Shown here piece after piece: positions 34,505 through 47,270 of a stretch of DNA of 64,000 nt. Location of the stretch: the NCBI RefSeq assembly GCF_000143415.4, contig NW_003314271.1, positions 1,966,806-2,030,805 on the forward strand, written 5' to 3'. This DNA comes from Selaginella moellendorffii. Its lineage: Eukaryota > Plantae > Lycopodiophyta. Position 1 is the first letter of the stretch; each line of letters starts with the position of its first letter. The notes beneath the pieces were generated by a model. It searched no databases and was not told the DNA's origin. It worked only from the letters and a program-made list of their open reading frames with translations. A program made the translations under genes and the position numbers.

Positions 34505-37456
34505 CTAGTTACTACACTTTCATCAGTGGTAAGAATTCCTGTGGTCAAACCAAGTTATAGACAATCGCGAAAGAAGAAGAAGAGAAGAAGATCATACCTT
34601 CGTGAATTAACGCGATCGCCACTTTCGCTGCCAAGACTTCCGACTCTTTTTTTTTGCTCGCGGGGCTTCCTTGGATGATCCGGCCAGCAACAGTGACGGT
34701 GGAGGAGAACTTCCTGGAGTGATCCGGCCCTGAGAAAACAGTGTTGTAAATCGGCCGCGGCAATCCAGCTGCAAGAGCTAGCTCTTGGAGCTCGTTCTTC
34801 ACTTGATCCTGTAGAGACAGAATCACGAGAAAAAAGTTGGAGAAAACAAACAGAAAAGAACAAAACAGTACTACTGACCACTGCTGCTCTCGAGGAATCG
34901 ACCATAGCTTTGAATCTCTGGTAGCGAAAGGGGACCAATGGAGCATGAGCAACAAGCAGAGATTAACTTACATATTTCCATGATTTGGCTCGGCTGCGTC
35001 CTTGATCCTTTAGGCAGTGCGACGAACACAAGCTCTCGTGGATCAAGGGTAGAATCGCTGCATCCAATGCTGCGTAATGCAACTGGAACCACGATCAGGC
35101 TTAGCTTTTCGATCGAAGTTTATAAGAAAAATGGAAAAATACTTGCCTGTTCTTTGCAGAGTGGACGCTGGTTCCAATCAGTCATACGCACGTCTTTGTC
35201 AAGATGGCCTCCCATCGTCAACTTCATACGCATAAAGCTGATGTTGAGTGAATGGAAAGGGAAAAAAATCGATTCTTGCAATTTATTACCTTCGTTAGTC
35301 CAGAGAGTCCTCCCGCCGAAAGCTTGTCAGGAAAAACTTGCAGGTCAATTATCGTTTTACAAGACCTGAAACCGTCCACTTCCGGAAACGACTCTGCTAG
35401 CATCTCCAAGTCATTGTGTACGGCATAGCCTGTGAGTGAAGCGAGAGAAAGAGAAACACTTAGAAAAAGCGATGGAGACGTACCGAGCTTTATGATTTCC
35501 TCTGATTGGAAAAGGGTGCTGATGCAAAGATTTAAAGCTTGGGGTGCTGTGACGGACAGTCCGAGTAAATCGAGCACGAAGGCGTCTTCCTTGCTGGCCA
35601 TTTGTAAGATGGATACCTGAAAAGAAAACAGTGAAAGAAGCTTGAGAAAGATAAACTAAGATCAAACCTTAGCTTGCTCGCCTTTGGTGCTCACTGGTTT
35701 CCACTCGCAGTCGATTCCAATCGCCTCAGCTTCGATGAGATGCTTGGTGACGAGCTTCGTGCCTTCGGCATCATCAACCCATACGACTCTGTCCAAGTCG
35801 ACGATGCTCTCGAGCTGAATGTAGTCGCCAACCTGATCTTCTTCTAGTATTTCAATTGTGACTGCACGTAAGTTTCGTAGTAAATACCAGAACAAGATTG
35901 AAAACAAGATCGAGAAAACAATAACAAAACAGGCATGCTTAACTTGAAGATAAGTCGAGATCGTCAAGGTGGAACAGCTCGCAAAACTGCGCAGCTCGAT
36001 TGTGTTGTTTCCTTCCCAGTGCCAAAGAAATCTGTGCAGCACGCATATGTTTCAGCAAAATGAGAAAACAAAAAACACATTACTTACCAGGTATTCCTGT
36101 AGAACACGGTCCGAGCTAGCAATGCTCTCCGCAAAAACCCACAGGCCTTTGGAGACAAGTTTCCTGAGCGAGCTGCAAAGTCCGACTCTCAAAACGAGAA
36201 AAACGAACAAAAACTTTCCAATACCTGCGTTTGTAAAGGTGATACGCCTCTGGAAACTCGTCATGCATGCCATAGCGGTCGACGAGCCTGTACGCCATCT
36301 TGAAGAGCTTCCTGTCTGTGCAATGCTGGACGAGGAAGCGGCAGCTCTCGGGCCCCAAGTGCCAGGCCCATTGCCCCGCCAAGTCCACCTGGTTATCACG
36401 TACCATGGTGACGAGAAACTCTCGCCCCGTGCACTCCTCCAGCCCAAAGCTCTTGAGGAGAGCCACCGCGCTGTTGTAAGATCGCCCCTTCACCAGCTTA
36501 AGCACAAGGTTCTCGCCCAGCTTTCTCGCTTCGCTGATGGAACTTTCTTTTTTCTCGTCCATGCAAGAGCAGTCGTGTTCTTCGTCTTGATCGGCCTCGG
36601 CAAGATCAGATAACTCTACTCCGAAAGTGGTCACCAGCCTCACGAGCAATCGCTCGTCAAGCGTGAGATCGCCGGACATGGCCGACTTGACGAGCTTGGC
36701 GGCTACTCTTTTGGAGCAGGAGATGTCTTGCGAGTCCGACTTGAAGGATTCGTCCAGCTCGTCGAGCGAGCGAGTGATGAGGTGACCGAGGGTCTGGTCG
36801 GATGGATCCTCGAGGCGGAGTAGCGCGTCGATGCAGCGCGCGATGAATGTGCATGGCCCCGGCGCTGGGGAGTTCTCCAGTGCCTTGGTCAGCTCGCGGC
36901 GGATTACGTGAAACTTCTTTCCTGTTCCTGGGACATCAAACGAGAAAAAAGTATGAGAAGTAGCAAGAAAAAAAAAAGATTTATTCCAGGCAAAGAAACA
37001 GGCACAAAAAGCGAAAAACATTTATCACCTTTTTAGTCGATCAAGAGAAACGATGAAGAACTAGCAAGAAAAAAAGTCTGAGAGAACGAGAAAAAAAAGA
37101 GAAGATTTTCTTATGAAGATTTTTTTCCTGGGAAGATGCAGGCACAAAAAACGAGAACTGGTTTGCTTATCGCAAGAGAACGATGAAGAACTTCGGGAAA
37201 ACCGAATAGCGCGGAGGAAATTTTTGTTGTGCTTGATCGTATACCACGATGAATGCATTGAAATCCTACCAGCGGCACAGACGAGCTTGAGATTCTCCAA
37301 GAAACTCGGCACTGGCGCGCTCAAATCCTCCAAAAACTTCCATTTCCTATCCCGCGGCGATCCAGGCACAGCGGCGGCGGCAGCGATGGCAGCTGGAGGG
37401 CGATTTCGAGCTGCAATCGCCGATTTGCCGCCAACGGGCACCCAAACCAAAGGCAT
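34505..37456 (-). CDS. MUT-7/EXD3-like DEDDy 3'-5' exonuclease with a C-terminal double-stranded RNA-binding motif
   Basis: N-terminal plant domain (KKFHVIRRELTKALENSPAPGPCTF). Exo I IGIDCEWKP, SILQMAS, IIKLGYAVHND, IIDLQ, GGLSGL, DWNQRPL..QLHYAALDA (Exo III). Then KNELQELALAAGLPRPIY...GPDHSRKFSSTVTV...KKKESEVLAAKVAI (dsRBM), joined through phase-0 introns. Confidence 0.82.
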
Positions 37457-37543
37457 GACTCACGAGTATATGGTACTGTGTGTGGTTTTTAGGGCTCTTT
37501 GGAGCTAGGGTTTTGAGGACGCGGAGCGGAGAGAGAGAGAGGG

Positions 37544-38379
37544 ATGGACGAGGAGACGGAGAGGCGGCTCGCGAAGATGATCATGGAGGAGGCGGCGCTG
37601 CTGCGGCGGCGGGCGGACAAGGAAGGCGTCCATGTCTACCTTGCCAAGCCCACCGTCCGCGTGAGGCCTAATCCACAGTTCCTCCAGGCGACAATGCGTA
37701 GCGTTGAGCAATGTAAGTGATTTCTCCTCTGTGTTGATACTGATCCCTCTAGCCTTGCTTGGATTGTCCAAATTTTTTCCTTTGACCTTTGATTTTTTCG
37801 TTCTTTTTTCTTCTACAAACCGTAACGCTTATTCTATCATTCTCCTTCGCAGCAAATCGAATTGTAGAGATCAACGAGATGTGGAGACGAAGAACTGCGG
37901 AGCTCAATCTGGACAGGAGGCGGCGGCATCAGTCTCCCCGATCGTCTTCGAGAGCTAGACAGATGAACGAAGAAGAGGAAGGAGCGGTGGAGAACTCGAT
38001 CGATCCACAGGCAGCGTGCTCCAACGATCTCCGGGACGACGAAGTGGAGGAGTTTCTAAACACGAGGATCAAACGAGGGAGGGGCTCGGTTGGATCACGA
38101 ATGGATGACACTGGCCCATATCCAGCAGAGACGATGGCCACGACGTCGACGAATGCGTCCGAGGTGTCGAGAACAAAGGAAGATTGGGAAGATCGGCTCA
38201 TCGGGCCTCGGTTGCCGGACAAGGTGGCGGACTCATGGACAAAGGCCAAGGCGAAGGCGACTGAGTCCGAAGACGATGGTGGCTCTTCAAAGAAGGATAG
38301 CAAGGATCGCAAGCGGAAAAAGAGCAAGAGCAAGGAACACAAGACCAAGAAGAGGAAAAGAAAAGCAACGTCAAACTGA
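37544..38379 (+). CDS. Uncharacterised charged, probably nuclear protein (2 exons)
   Basis: MDEETERRLAKMIMEEAALLRRRADKEGVHVYLAKPTVRVRPNPQFLQATMRSVEQ, intron, NRIVEINEMWR...RIKRGRGSVGSRMD, then a Lys-rich tail. Confidence 0.75.
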
Positions 38380-38496
38380 CAACGTTTTTGTGAATAAAAT
38401 CGAGAGTGAAGCTCTACACAGAAGAAATCACGCTGCTAGGATTGACAGGAATGCTGATCAGATCGAACGAAGCGACCAAAGATCTTACCTCAGTGT

Positions 38497-39498
38497 TTAG
38501 TTACTGCGCATGAGGAACTGCTGGTGAAAATCTTGGATGTCTCTCGTGCTCATGCTGGGAGCTCCTTGCTTGTGAAGATACTGCATTCGAGCTTGTAGCT
38601 ACAACAACAAAATAAAGAAGAAAAGATTAGACCGGTATTTATAAAAAGGAATGGACTTACGTCTTGGAAGAAGGCTTGCTGCCTGTCTAGAGAAAGATTT
38701 CGAAGCTGCTGTAATAACTTGAGTTGCTAGCGCGATACAAAGAGAGTGTTTGAGTTGCAATCCTTTTAACAAGATCAAGCTTAACCTGTTCTTGAGATTT
38801 CGTGAACTGCTGCATCTTTTGCTGAAATGCATCTCTTCCGAGCTCCGCCTCGTCACACGCCATCTCTTCTCTGCGATGCGAGCGGCTGGTGGATCAGAAG
38901 CTTGCGACTGGCATTTCATACCGGGCAACAAACTCGTAGAACTTGAGCATGAGTTCTCGGTCGTCCTTGTAAACTGTGTTCACTTTCCCCAGCGATGCAA
39001 TCCCAAACTTTGGCTCTGCAAGGAAGAAATTAAAGCACTGCTGCTCTTGTGAGAGATGTTTTGCTTACCAACACCCATTCGCAGAAAGATTTCTTCCTGG
39101 ATCTCAGTCGTCACCCCCACTGCTTCCTAAAGTCTGTGTTAAGTCCAGGAAAAAAGGAGGAAGAACTTGCCTGTCTTGCTTGTACTGCGTCCGAGATACG
39201 CTTTTTTACTTCTGCAATAGTGCAAAGCATTGTAAGAGATTCCTAGAGATCCAAAGACGTGATAGGAAAGAAATTCGAGAGATTTGAAGCTAGAGATGGT
39301 GAATCACTCGGGGTTGCAACGAATTCGAGAAATCAAGAGCGATCTAGCAGCTACATTCTTTCCCAGAAAGAAATCACACAAACCGGGCTTGTCGACGAGA
39401 TGCGCGAATTCGAGGAAGAGGCGAAACAGCTGCTCCTTGGATAGCATTCCCGACCGCTGGAGCGCTCCAGCGCCGTAATGCGGCCTCCCGGACGCCAT
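38497..39498 (-). CDS. Uncharacterised helical plant protein (multi-exon)
   Basis: Exons join in frame: MLSKEQLFRLFLEFAHLVDKP / EVKKRISDAVQARQ / EAVGVTTEIQEEIFLRMGV / PKFGIASLGKVNTVYKDDRELMLKFYEFVAR / EEMACDEAELG... / ...FLMRSN*. Confidence 0.72.
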
Positions 39499-39550
39499 CG
39501 TCAAGAGCTCTACTTCTTCCTCGCCCTAGCCTAGCTTAATATATGCCCCA

Positions 39551-39595
<45 letters not shown>

Positions 39596-39614
39596 CACGC
39601 ACACAAAATATTCC

Positions 39615-42228
39615 ATGATGGAAGCTGGAGCTACGGCGATGGCGTGCGCAGCACTGGATCATCGATCCATGATTGGTGCTGCCGGCTGGGGCGATTTCTT
39701 GCCGCGCAAGGTCCGTCTCGCCGGCGCCAGGGGCGATCATCGCTCGATTGTGGCGGAGCGGCGGCGGGGATTATCCGCCAGGGCGCAGCATCGGGAGGAT
39801 TCGCCGCTCGTCGGTGCGCGCAACGCATTCAAGATGAATCTCAACGAGTATCTGGTGACAATCCACAAGCCGCTGGGCATTCGATTCGCGCAGACGCTCA
39901 GTGGCAAGGTGTTCGTGGATGCTCTCGCCAAGCAGGTTAGCTCTCCATAGGTAGTTCTTTCCTCTTCCTCTTTTTTCTTCTTGGCTTGAAGAAGAGAAAG
40001 GAAAATTTACATGGTTTTTTCTCGTGATTCCAGGGCAATGCGGAGAATTCCCGGCTGATCATGGTAGGCGACGTGCTCAAGAGGGTCTTGTTTGGCGATG
40101 CTGTGTGGAATGTGGATGATTTTGGCCGGGTATTGTACGTCTTTCTTCCACCACCTTCTTCTCCTTTAGTTTCTTCATGAGCTTCTGGATTTCTATTTCT
40201 TCTTCTTCTAACTACGTGATAGTTGATTGATCTCTTGACAGCTATACTCCATCTGGATGTTCTTCTAGATGTGATAGTTGATTGATCTCTTGACAATGGA
40301 CTTCTATCTGGATGTTCTTCTGGATATGATAGTTGATTGATCTCTTGACAATGTTCTGCTATGCTCTAAATGTGTAACTTCCAGGAACAATATGAAAACC
40401 CGGAGTGGAGAAGTGACACTGATCCTAGAGAGATCGGTGTTTCCATCACACATCCAGGCGCTCATACTGGAATCCAAGCTAGAGAATACATTCAACTACG
40501 GGGCAGTGGGATCGGCAACTTGGAATAACGGCGGCTTCACTTCTCCCAATCAACCTGAGATTGCCGACGAGTATGGTGGTGGAAATGTGGGATTCGTTAC
40601 ATACGCTTGGAGGTTCTTGCTTCCCAAAGGGATCAGGCAGCTCGCGAGCTTCTTTACGGGTGTCGACGATGGAGATGACGATGACGACGAGAATGAACGG
40701 TCCGAGAGAGCCGAGCTAGATATATGGCACAACTTGGAAGCGTCGTTTGAGGTCATAGCTAGGTACAGCACGGACGAAGACCTGGAAGGACAAGTGGAGT
40801 GGTCGCACGGCAACTTTCAACTTCAGGAGTTTACAAGCGCTCAGCTGAGAGCTTCAAAGGACTTGACTTACAGCCAACGTTTTGGTCTTCGCTACACGAA
40901 GGTATGGCGTTTCTACTTTATTGTCTTACATTTTGTCCCGAACGTTATTTGTTTCCAGATGACAGAGCACGTCGTCGTAGGATCGTGTTTACAAAATGGA
41001 GCAGAAATGCAACAGCTCAAACAAATGGTATGCTTCAAGCTTTGACAATCTCCAGGTCTTGGTTAACTTGCTTTTGTCTTGCACAGGGTATCACTGCAAT
41101 TCTCAACTTACAATCCGAGAGCGAGCAACTCAACTGGGGCATTGACAAGAGCTCTATTACAGAAGCTGCTCAAGCAAACGGAATGGTCCTGGCACATTGT
41201 CCAATCAGGCACGCACTTTACTTTCTAGTGTGTCGGAGCAAAGTTATCCGTTTTCCTTCGTTTCAGAGACGTCGACACCGTCGACCTGAGAAGAAAGCTC
41301 CCACTCGCAGTAGGAATTCTGTACCGGCTTTTGAGAGCCGGACATCACATATACGTTACATGCACGAGCGGCATGGATAGAGCTCCCGCTTGTGTCATTG
41401 CCTATTTGCATTGGATACAAGACGTTCCGCTTCAGAGTGCCGTCGATTTCGTCACGAACCTTCATCTCTGTGGTCCAGACAGGTGAGTCTCTCAAGCCTG
41501 ATGGCGTTAAAACTCATGCTTTCTTTGCTCGTTGCTACAGGCCAGCATTGGTATGGGCCACCTGGGATTTGATTGCCATGGTGGAGAAACGAAACCACGA
41601 TGGACCTCCTACTCACGCTGTTCAGTTTGTGTGGAACCATGGTTGCAAAGAGGTACGTATAGCCACCATTCAGCCATTGAGTGAAACGTAATCTTTTGAA
41701 GCCTAGGGGGAAGAGGTTTTGATCGTGGGGGATTTTAAAGGTGGTGGATGGAACGAGCCTATAAAGGCTACGCACGCGAGTGGGCCAAAGTATATTGTTG
41801 ATCTTCGAGTCCCACAGGGGAAGTATGTGTCATGGATCTCGGAATCTCATATAGAACCATGATCGATCATCAAAACTTCGCAGGTATCAATACAAGTTCA
41901 TCGTTGGCGGACAGTGGAGGCACTCCAACAGCCTCCCAACTGAGATGGACAGATGGGGAAACGTAAACAACGTCTTGTTTGTTGGTGGTCGAGCGTCAAC
42001 GACACCCGAGGGTGTGATCCATTCGCCAATGCCACAGGTGCTTTGTCCAGGCATTCCTTCTTTCAAGTTTTTCTTACATGTTTCTTTTTCAAGGACCTCA
42101 CAACGGTTAAAGTGATTGAGAGATTGCTCACCGAAGAGGAGCGTTTCACTCTCGCATTTGCCGCGCGGCGGCTTGCATTTTCAGTGTGCCCGTCCAAGTT
42201 TGCTCCCAAGAGCAAAGGTAATCTTTAA
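39615..42228 (+). CDS. LSF1: LSF1 (Like SEX4 1) phosphoglucan phosphatase-like protein, chloroplastic
   Basis: PDZ-like KMNLNEYLVTIHKPLGIRFA. DSP domain with GLRYTK, ITAILNLQ and YVTCTSGMDRAPACVIAYLHW (His replaced by Thr, as in LSF1). CBM48 (VQFVWNHG, VGDF..WNEP, YQYKFIVGGQWRH). C-terminal ERLLTEEERFTLAFAARRLAFSVCP. Confidence 0.92.
40216..40352. repeat. 55-bp imperfect tandem repeat (~2.5 copies) in an LSF1 intron
   Basis: TGATAGTTGATTGATCTCTTGACA recurs at 40217, 40272 and 40327. Confidence 0.9.
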
Positions 42229-43339
42229 GCACTACAGAATCACTTAACTGTAAAACTGATCAGGACAAAACAAGTAGCCATCGTAAGTTGGACGGACTGG
42301 CTGTAAAATGAGCTAATATAAGTGAGATTTAAATAAAGTTTTTTGAAAATTTTCATTTACGTTATTCAGAATTTAATTTGAGATAAAAATATTAATAATT
42401 TACTATTGAAAAAGAAATATTTGATTTTTCATGTTGTTAATTTTTTTCTAAAGTATTATTAATACAATACTAAATATTATTTAATATTTAGTAGTGGTGC
42501 TTCAATCAAATCAAGATCCAAGGATGACCCTAGCTCACTAAAGTTAGAGTTCTTAGGCCTAGAGTTCCTAACCCTCATGCTAGTGGTTAGGAAATTAATG
42601 TTTCTAAACTATAATTTTATTTTAATTAAATAATAAATAAAGAATTACAAATTTAAATTATAAATACATGGAATATAGCAATGTGCATATTCAATTAACT
42701 TAAAATTTATAAGAGAGAATAGTCTAAATTAAAACTAATCCAATGGCTATTAAAATTTCAATATGCTCATAGCCATATATCTGGACCTCACATCATTGCC
42801 TTTTCTTAGAAGGATATAAGGTAATTAATTTTTTTTGTTGATGGGCCAAAAGAAACATCAAAAAAGGTATTAATGGATTTATCACTTTAATTGTTGCATA
42901 TATAAAATTTTTGGAGGATTAGCTTATTGAAAGTTATGCCAAATATATAGTCCTTTCCATAGAACAAAGAACCACTTATACATATCAAATCACAATCCAT
43001 AAAAATGGAAAAATGAATAAACACCAAATCATTCACTTTATACTCTATAGGTGGACAATAAGAATTATAGTACTATTGTTGTCCCAAGTGTTTAACAGAT
43101 TTTACTCAAATTAGTGAAAGAATGTTTATCAAATATTAATCCTATAAGTAATAACAAGGTTTTCTAAAAACAAATTGAGCTTTACAACTCAAACCTTTAG
43201 ATAACAAGCCTAAGTAAACTAATTTAGAATTTCACCATTATCCAATATATAATTGGACAACATAATATATATATAGATTCTGAAATACCATCTAGTCCTA
43301 TGACACACCATTCTTAAGAGTGCTATAAGAAATATATAT

Positions 43340-46300
43340 CAATGTAAGTGCTCTTGATTGTATGATGTAAATATGCATAATGAAATTACACCTCATTACA
43401 GATCATCTTTAAAAGAAGCGAAGATAATTTATATATTTAACCATTTGTCTTTAATGACTCTATTTCTTATCTCAATTTGACTGATACTTTTGCACTGCCT
43501 TTATGAGAGAGCATAACATTAGCTAATTGAATTAATAGATTAATTCTTACAATTTTGATTGATCCACTCATAATCATGTATAAGAAGAATCCAGTATATT
43601 CATCACTCATAATAAACTCAGGGGAGGTTTACTTTTACTAACAGTAATATAGAACAACTTAATACTACCAATAAACTTTACTAGCTCAAAATGTAACCCT
43701 AAATTGCTAATATGCCTCACTCAGAAGCCTAAGTGTAAACTCATGAAAATGGTGCATCTCAAATCTATTTTATTAGCCTAAGAAAAAGCTTATATATTAT
43801 GGTATACAATGGTACATATAATAATATATACTTAAGAGCAACCAAATATTTACCACTTGGATCATTATTTTTCATCTTTGCATATATGTAATGAGACTAG
43901 TTACCCAATTTCATCAGATAGTATTCATTGAAACTAATCTCTACCAAAAAAAGTGTAATTTATCTCTTTCCCTTTAAACCAACTAAAAAACCTTTAATAC
44001 TTATTTTATCCCCATTTATACCCCAAGGTTTATAAATTGGTCAAAAAGAGAGTGGCATATTGTTTATGTTACAAATAAAATTGATGGTGTTAATGTTATA
44101 AATATCTATCAATGGAATGTTAGAGTGAGGGCAATCTCAAATGTTTAAGACAAACTTAACTCCACAAGTCTTCTATAGCTTTTATACAAGGATGGGGAAT
44201 ATTTCTGAAAGTGGAATATTCCTCATCTCTCTTATGCTAGAATCTGTGGAATCTAGGCAGTGATCTCAAGTGAACACCTCCACCATAGAAAGTAACTTGT
44301 CTATAAGAGCCAATTTTAATGAAAGGATATGCACCTTCAGCTCATCTAGAAATCCACAAAAGATTATGGTAGAACCTTTAACTTAGATGCTAAAGAAGTC
44401 ATACTATGGACCTATACCCAATGCTTAGAGAAGGCAAGTGCAAGAGTAGAGATATATGAAAGTGAAACAGAGAAAAAATGGAAAGGAAAATAAAAAGAAA
44501 GAGGATAAAATGATGGAGAAGAAGAGAAGAAAGTTGGAGTTTAGGGTTAGAGGGAGGAAAAGATAAAAAGGTAAGGAGAATCAAATGAAAACAAGCTTAA
44601 ATTTGGCTCTTGAGCTCTACAACGTTATTGTCAAGTTGGTCATACTCAGTACCTTAGTCAAAATATGGCTAGACAGCAAAAGGATACCATCACCAAATTA
44701 TGATAATCAGTGCAGAAGTCAAAATAAATGTCTGAAAATGATGTAATTGTGTGGTGATGCTGGCCAAGTGTGATAGTAGCGTTATGCTTTGATCTAATAA
44801 TCTTAAATTGGGATAAACATCTCCAAACCATATCAAACTTTGCTACAATACTGTTAAAAGAGGAATTGTCCATTTGTTGTAAATGTAAAAAGTTAAAATT
44901 TCTTTTGTAAAACTTATAATTAACTATGTTAACTTAAATTAACATACTAAATTAAAACTAACTTCTAAACTCAATTCAACTTTAAACTATCCCCTATACA
45001 ACCGCTAATTCTTTTGAAAAACTAAAACTACCATCTTCAAAGACTGTATTTCCTGACTAGCCGCTTCATTGCAAGGTGCTCTGCCTTAGTCATTGGCATG
45101 ACAAGCGGCCAGGTGTCGTCTTCAGGGTTCCCCCTCTCCGTCCAGCTGATAACAGGCTGCACATGAAGGCAATTGTGCTCAATCATGGAATCAACATGAT
45201 CTGAAGGTAACTTCAGCTCGCACTTGGACACCACGCCCTCTGGCGCATTGGCACACACTTTTATCACCTCACTCCAGTCCTCCGGCTTCCAGAGCCCATT
45301 GCCTCGTCCCTCGATGCTCCTAAATTTGCCAGGAGACCAGCCTGAAACCACATTTGCCACTGCAGTAGTGATCGAGAGCCCTGCTTCGCCTTCAAAGACC
45401 TCTGCAGCTTCCCCTGGCTCAGAAGATTCAATCGCACTCGCCAAGAGGTTCAACTCCAGCATTTGACCGCCATACAGTCTATAGACAGCATCCCACAAAG
45501 GCTCAACCTCCGCCTGCTTCGCTTCCCCTACCCGGAGCATGAAATATGCCTTCGCCAGGGGCTCCGAGAGGTGTCCCACGTACCAACGAGCGACACGGTG
45601 ACCTGCGAGGGCGCCGCACTTAGCCAGCCAGCGCTCAAAGAAGTTCTCTGACGACCCCAGGACGACATTAGATGAACGTTCCTCCTTACAGATCGCCACC
45701 AGACACCTGAGAAGCATGTTCAGATTCGCCATCCCATCAGGCGTTTCCGCCCATGACATCAAGGCATTGGCCTCGTCAATGAAGATCGTAGGGAAAGCGT
45801 TTGTATGCCCGCCCTTCAGTGCAATCCTTGTCCACGACAGGCAACATTCTTTGAGAGCCGCTAGCACTGCATCGATACCTTTCGGCTCTGGCTTGCCAAA
45901 CAGTTGAAACTTTCCAAACCCGAATGGAGTCTCCAAATCTACTCCATCCTTTAACCCCACCTGCAGCGCCCATTTTCCTGTCAGATCGCTCCCGAAGCCT
46001 ACACGCATCTGGAAAACCGATAGGGATTTCAAGAAGCCCCCCATGAGCTTCGTAGCCAAGCGTCCAGGGTCGGTAAGGCCAGAGTCACGAAGATTCACGT
46101 ACGTGGACGTTCCAGGGTACATACCTTCCCGCTGCCTTCTGCAATACTCGCGCATCAGCATGGTCTTGCCCGACGACTTCGGCCCCAGCATAGTCGCCAA
46201 GACTGCGGCATCTCCCTCTCTCCTGTGAAGCGCCTTGCGCAAGGCCGCCAGTTCGCTGGACCGGTTGAAGAAAGCTTCCTTCAGCGACATGTCTGACAGA

Positions 46301-46393
46301 GAAGCAATCCTCCGGCATTGCCGACCCGCCCGAAGCATCGCCATAAGAAACCCTAGCCACCGACAAAGCCCCAAAAACCCTAGACTCAAATAT
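43340..46393. repeat. Segmental tandem duplication, copy 1 (partner 47909-50907)
   Basis: Collinear from AATGTAAGT(G/A)CTCTTGATTGTATGATG to ACCCTAGACTCAAATAT in both copies. Confidence 0.9.
45037..46344 (-). CDS. Intronless P-loop ATPase (archaeal-ATPase/STAND-like), copy 1
   Basis: FFNRSSELAAL, Walker A LGPKSSGKT, YVNLR, Walker B TIFIDEAN, NVVLGSS, YVGHLSEPLAKAYF, LYGGQMLEL. First real ATG (MAMLRAG) at 46344. Confidence 0.85.
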   Translation of the reverse strand: MAMLRAGRQCRRIASLSDMSLKEAFFNRSSELAALRKALHRREGDAAVLATMLGPKSSGKTMLMREYCRRQREGMYPGTSTYVNLRDSGLTDPGRLATKLMGGFLKSLSVFQMRVGFGSDLTGKWALQVGLKDGVDLETPFGFGKFQLFGKPEPKGIDAVLAALKECCLSWTRIALKGGHTNAFPTIFIDEANALMSWAETPDGMANLNMLLRCLVAICKEERSSNVVLGSSENFFERWLAKCGALAGHRVARWYVGHLSEPLAKAYFMLRVGEAKQAEVEPLWDAVYRLYGGQMLELNLLASAIESSEPGEAAEVFEGEAGLSITTAVANVVSGWSPGKFRSIEGRGNGLWKPEDWSEVIKVCANAPEGVVSKCELKLPSDHVDSMIEHNCLHVQPVISWTERGNPEDDTWPLVMPMTKAEHLAMKRLVRKYSL

Positions 46394-46979
46394 AAAAAAT
46401 AAAAGTTCAATAAAAAGCGTCGTGACTTACGCCTCCCGTTAAAACTCGTTCTGATTTGCAACGTGGAGGCCCGCGTGGCAAAAGGATGTGATGATGTGGC
46501 GAGACACGAACCAAAAAAAATTTAAGTATGAAAACGTGTTCTTTGGGGAGCAGCACGCCCGCCACCCGGATCACCTGACCATGCAGCCGGATCATCTTCT
46601 GGTCGCTCAGGGATGGAGTTCTTTTCGTTGTTGCCCTGCCCACCACCGCCACCACAGCCACTGCCGCGCCGCTTCCAATTTCCCTACCGCCAAACAGTGA
46701 TCTAGTTCGTCATAGCCAGGGCTTGCTCATCACTCCCCACCTGCCAGCCAAAGCTTCCACAACGCTGAAAACCATGGATGATCCCTTCACACTTCCACAT
46801 TTTATCCAAGAACGCAGCCAGGGCTTAGCACCATCAAGCAAGATCCTTGGGGAGGGAATTGAAGGCGAGATCCTGGTGGACCTAGAGCAGGCAGTGCGTA
46901 AGAGCCAAATGTGCGAGGGCTTGTCACCCGACCTCACCGAGACTTAGAATTTTTTCTTTGTTCATATTGTCTTGCCACA

Positions 46980-47270
46980 TCAACAATTCCTTTTTGCCAC
47001 GCATTGCAAATCAAAACGAGTTTTAATGGGAGGCTGAAAGAAAGGTCTCTCTAAGAAACAAAGAAGGGGACCGTCGCTCTCACTGTCAAGGGTAAACAAG
47101 AATTTCTTGTTCCACTTCGGCCCTACCCTGGAAGATGTTGGTCTAGATAAGAGAAAAGAATATGATCGCTTTACCTTTGGAAGAAGAAGTGGAAGAAAAC
47201 TCTTACTTAAAACCTCACAGTTTTTGATGTTGGCAGCATTAATGAGACAAACCTCTAGTGTCCCAGCCAT
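46980..47270 (-). pseudogene. C2-domain gene fragment
   Basis: MAGTLEVCLINAANIKN and PKWNKKFLFTL match C2 beta-strands. The middle of the domain is missing and it degenerates afterwards. Confidence 0.55.

Noticed and set aside
23596-42228. Functional cluster of plastid genes (RSH1, RNC1, LSF1)
   Set aside because: The pathways are unrelated and the genes are interspersed with others, as expected by chance in a gene-dense genome.
46345-46461. N-terminal extension of ATPase copy 1 in the 474-aa ORF
   Set aside because: It starts at a non-ATG codon, runs through telo-box promoter/UTR sequence and is not conserved in copy 2.
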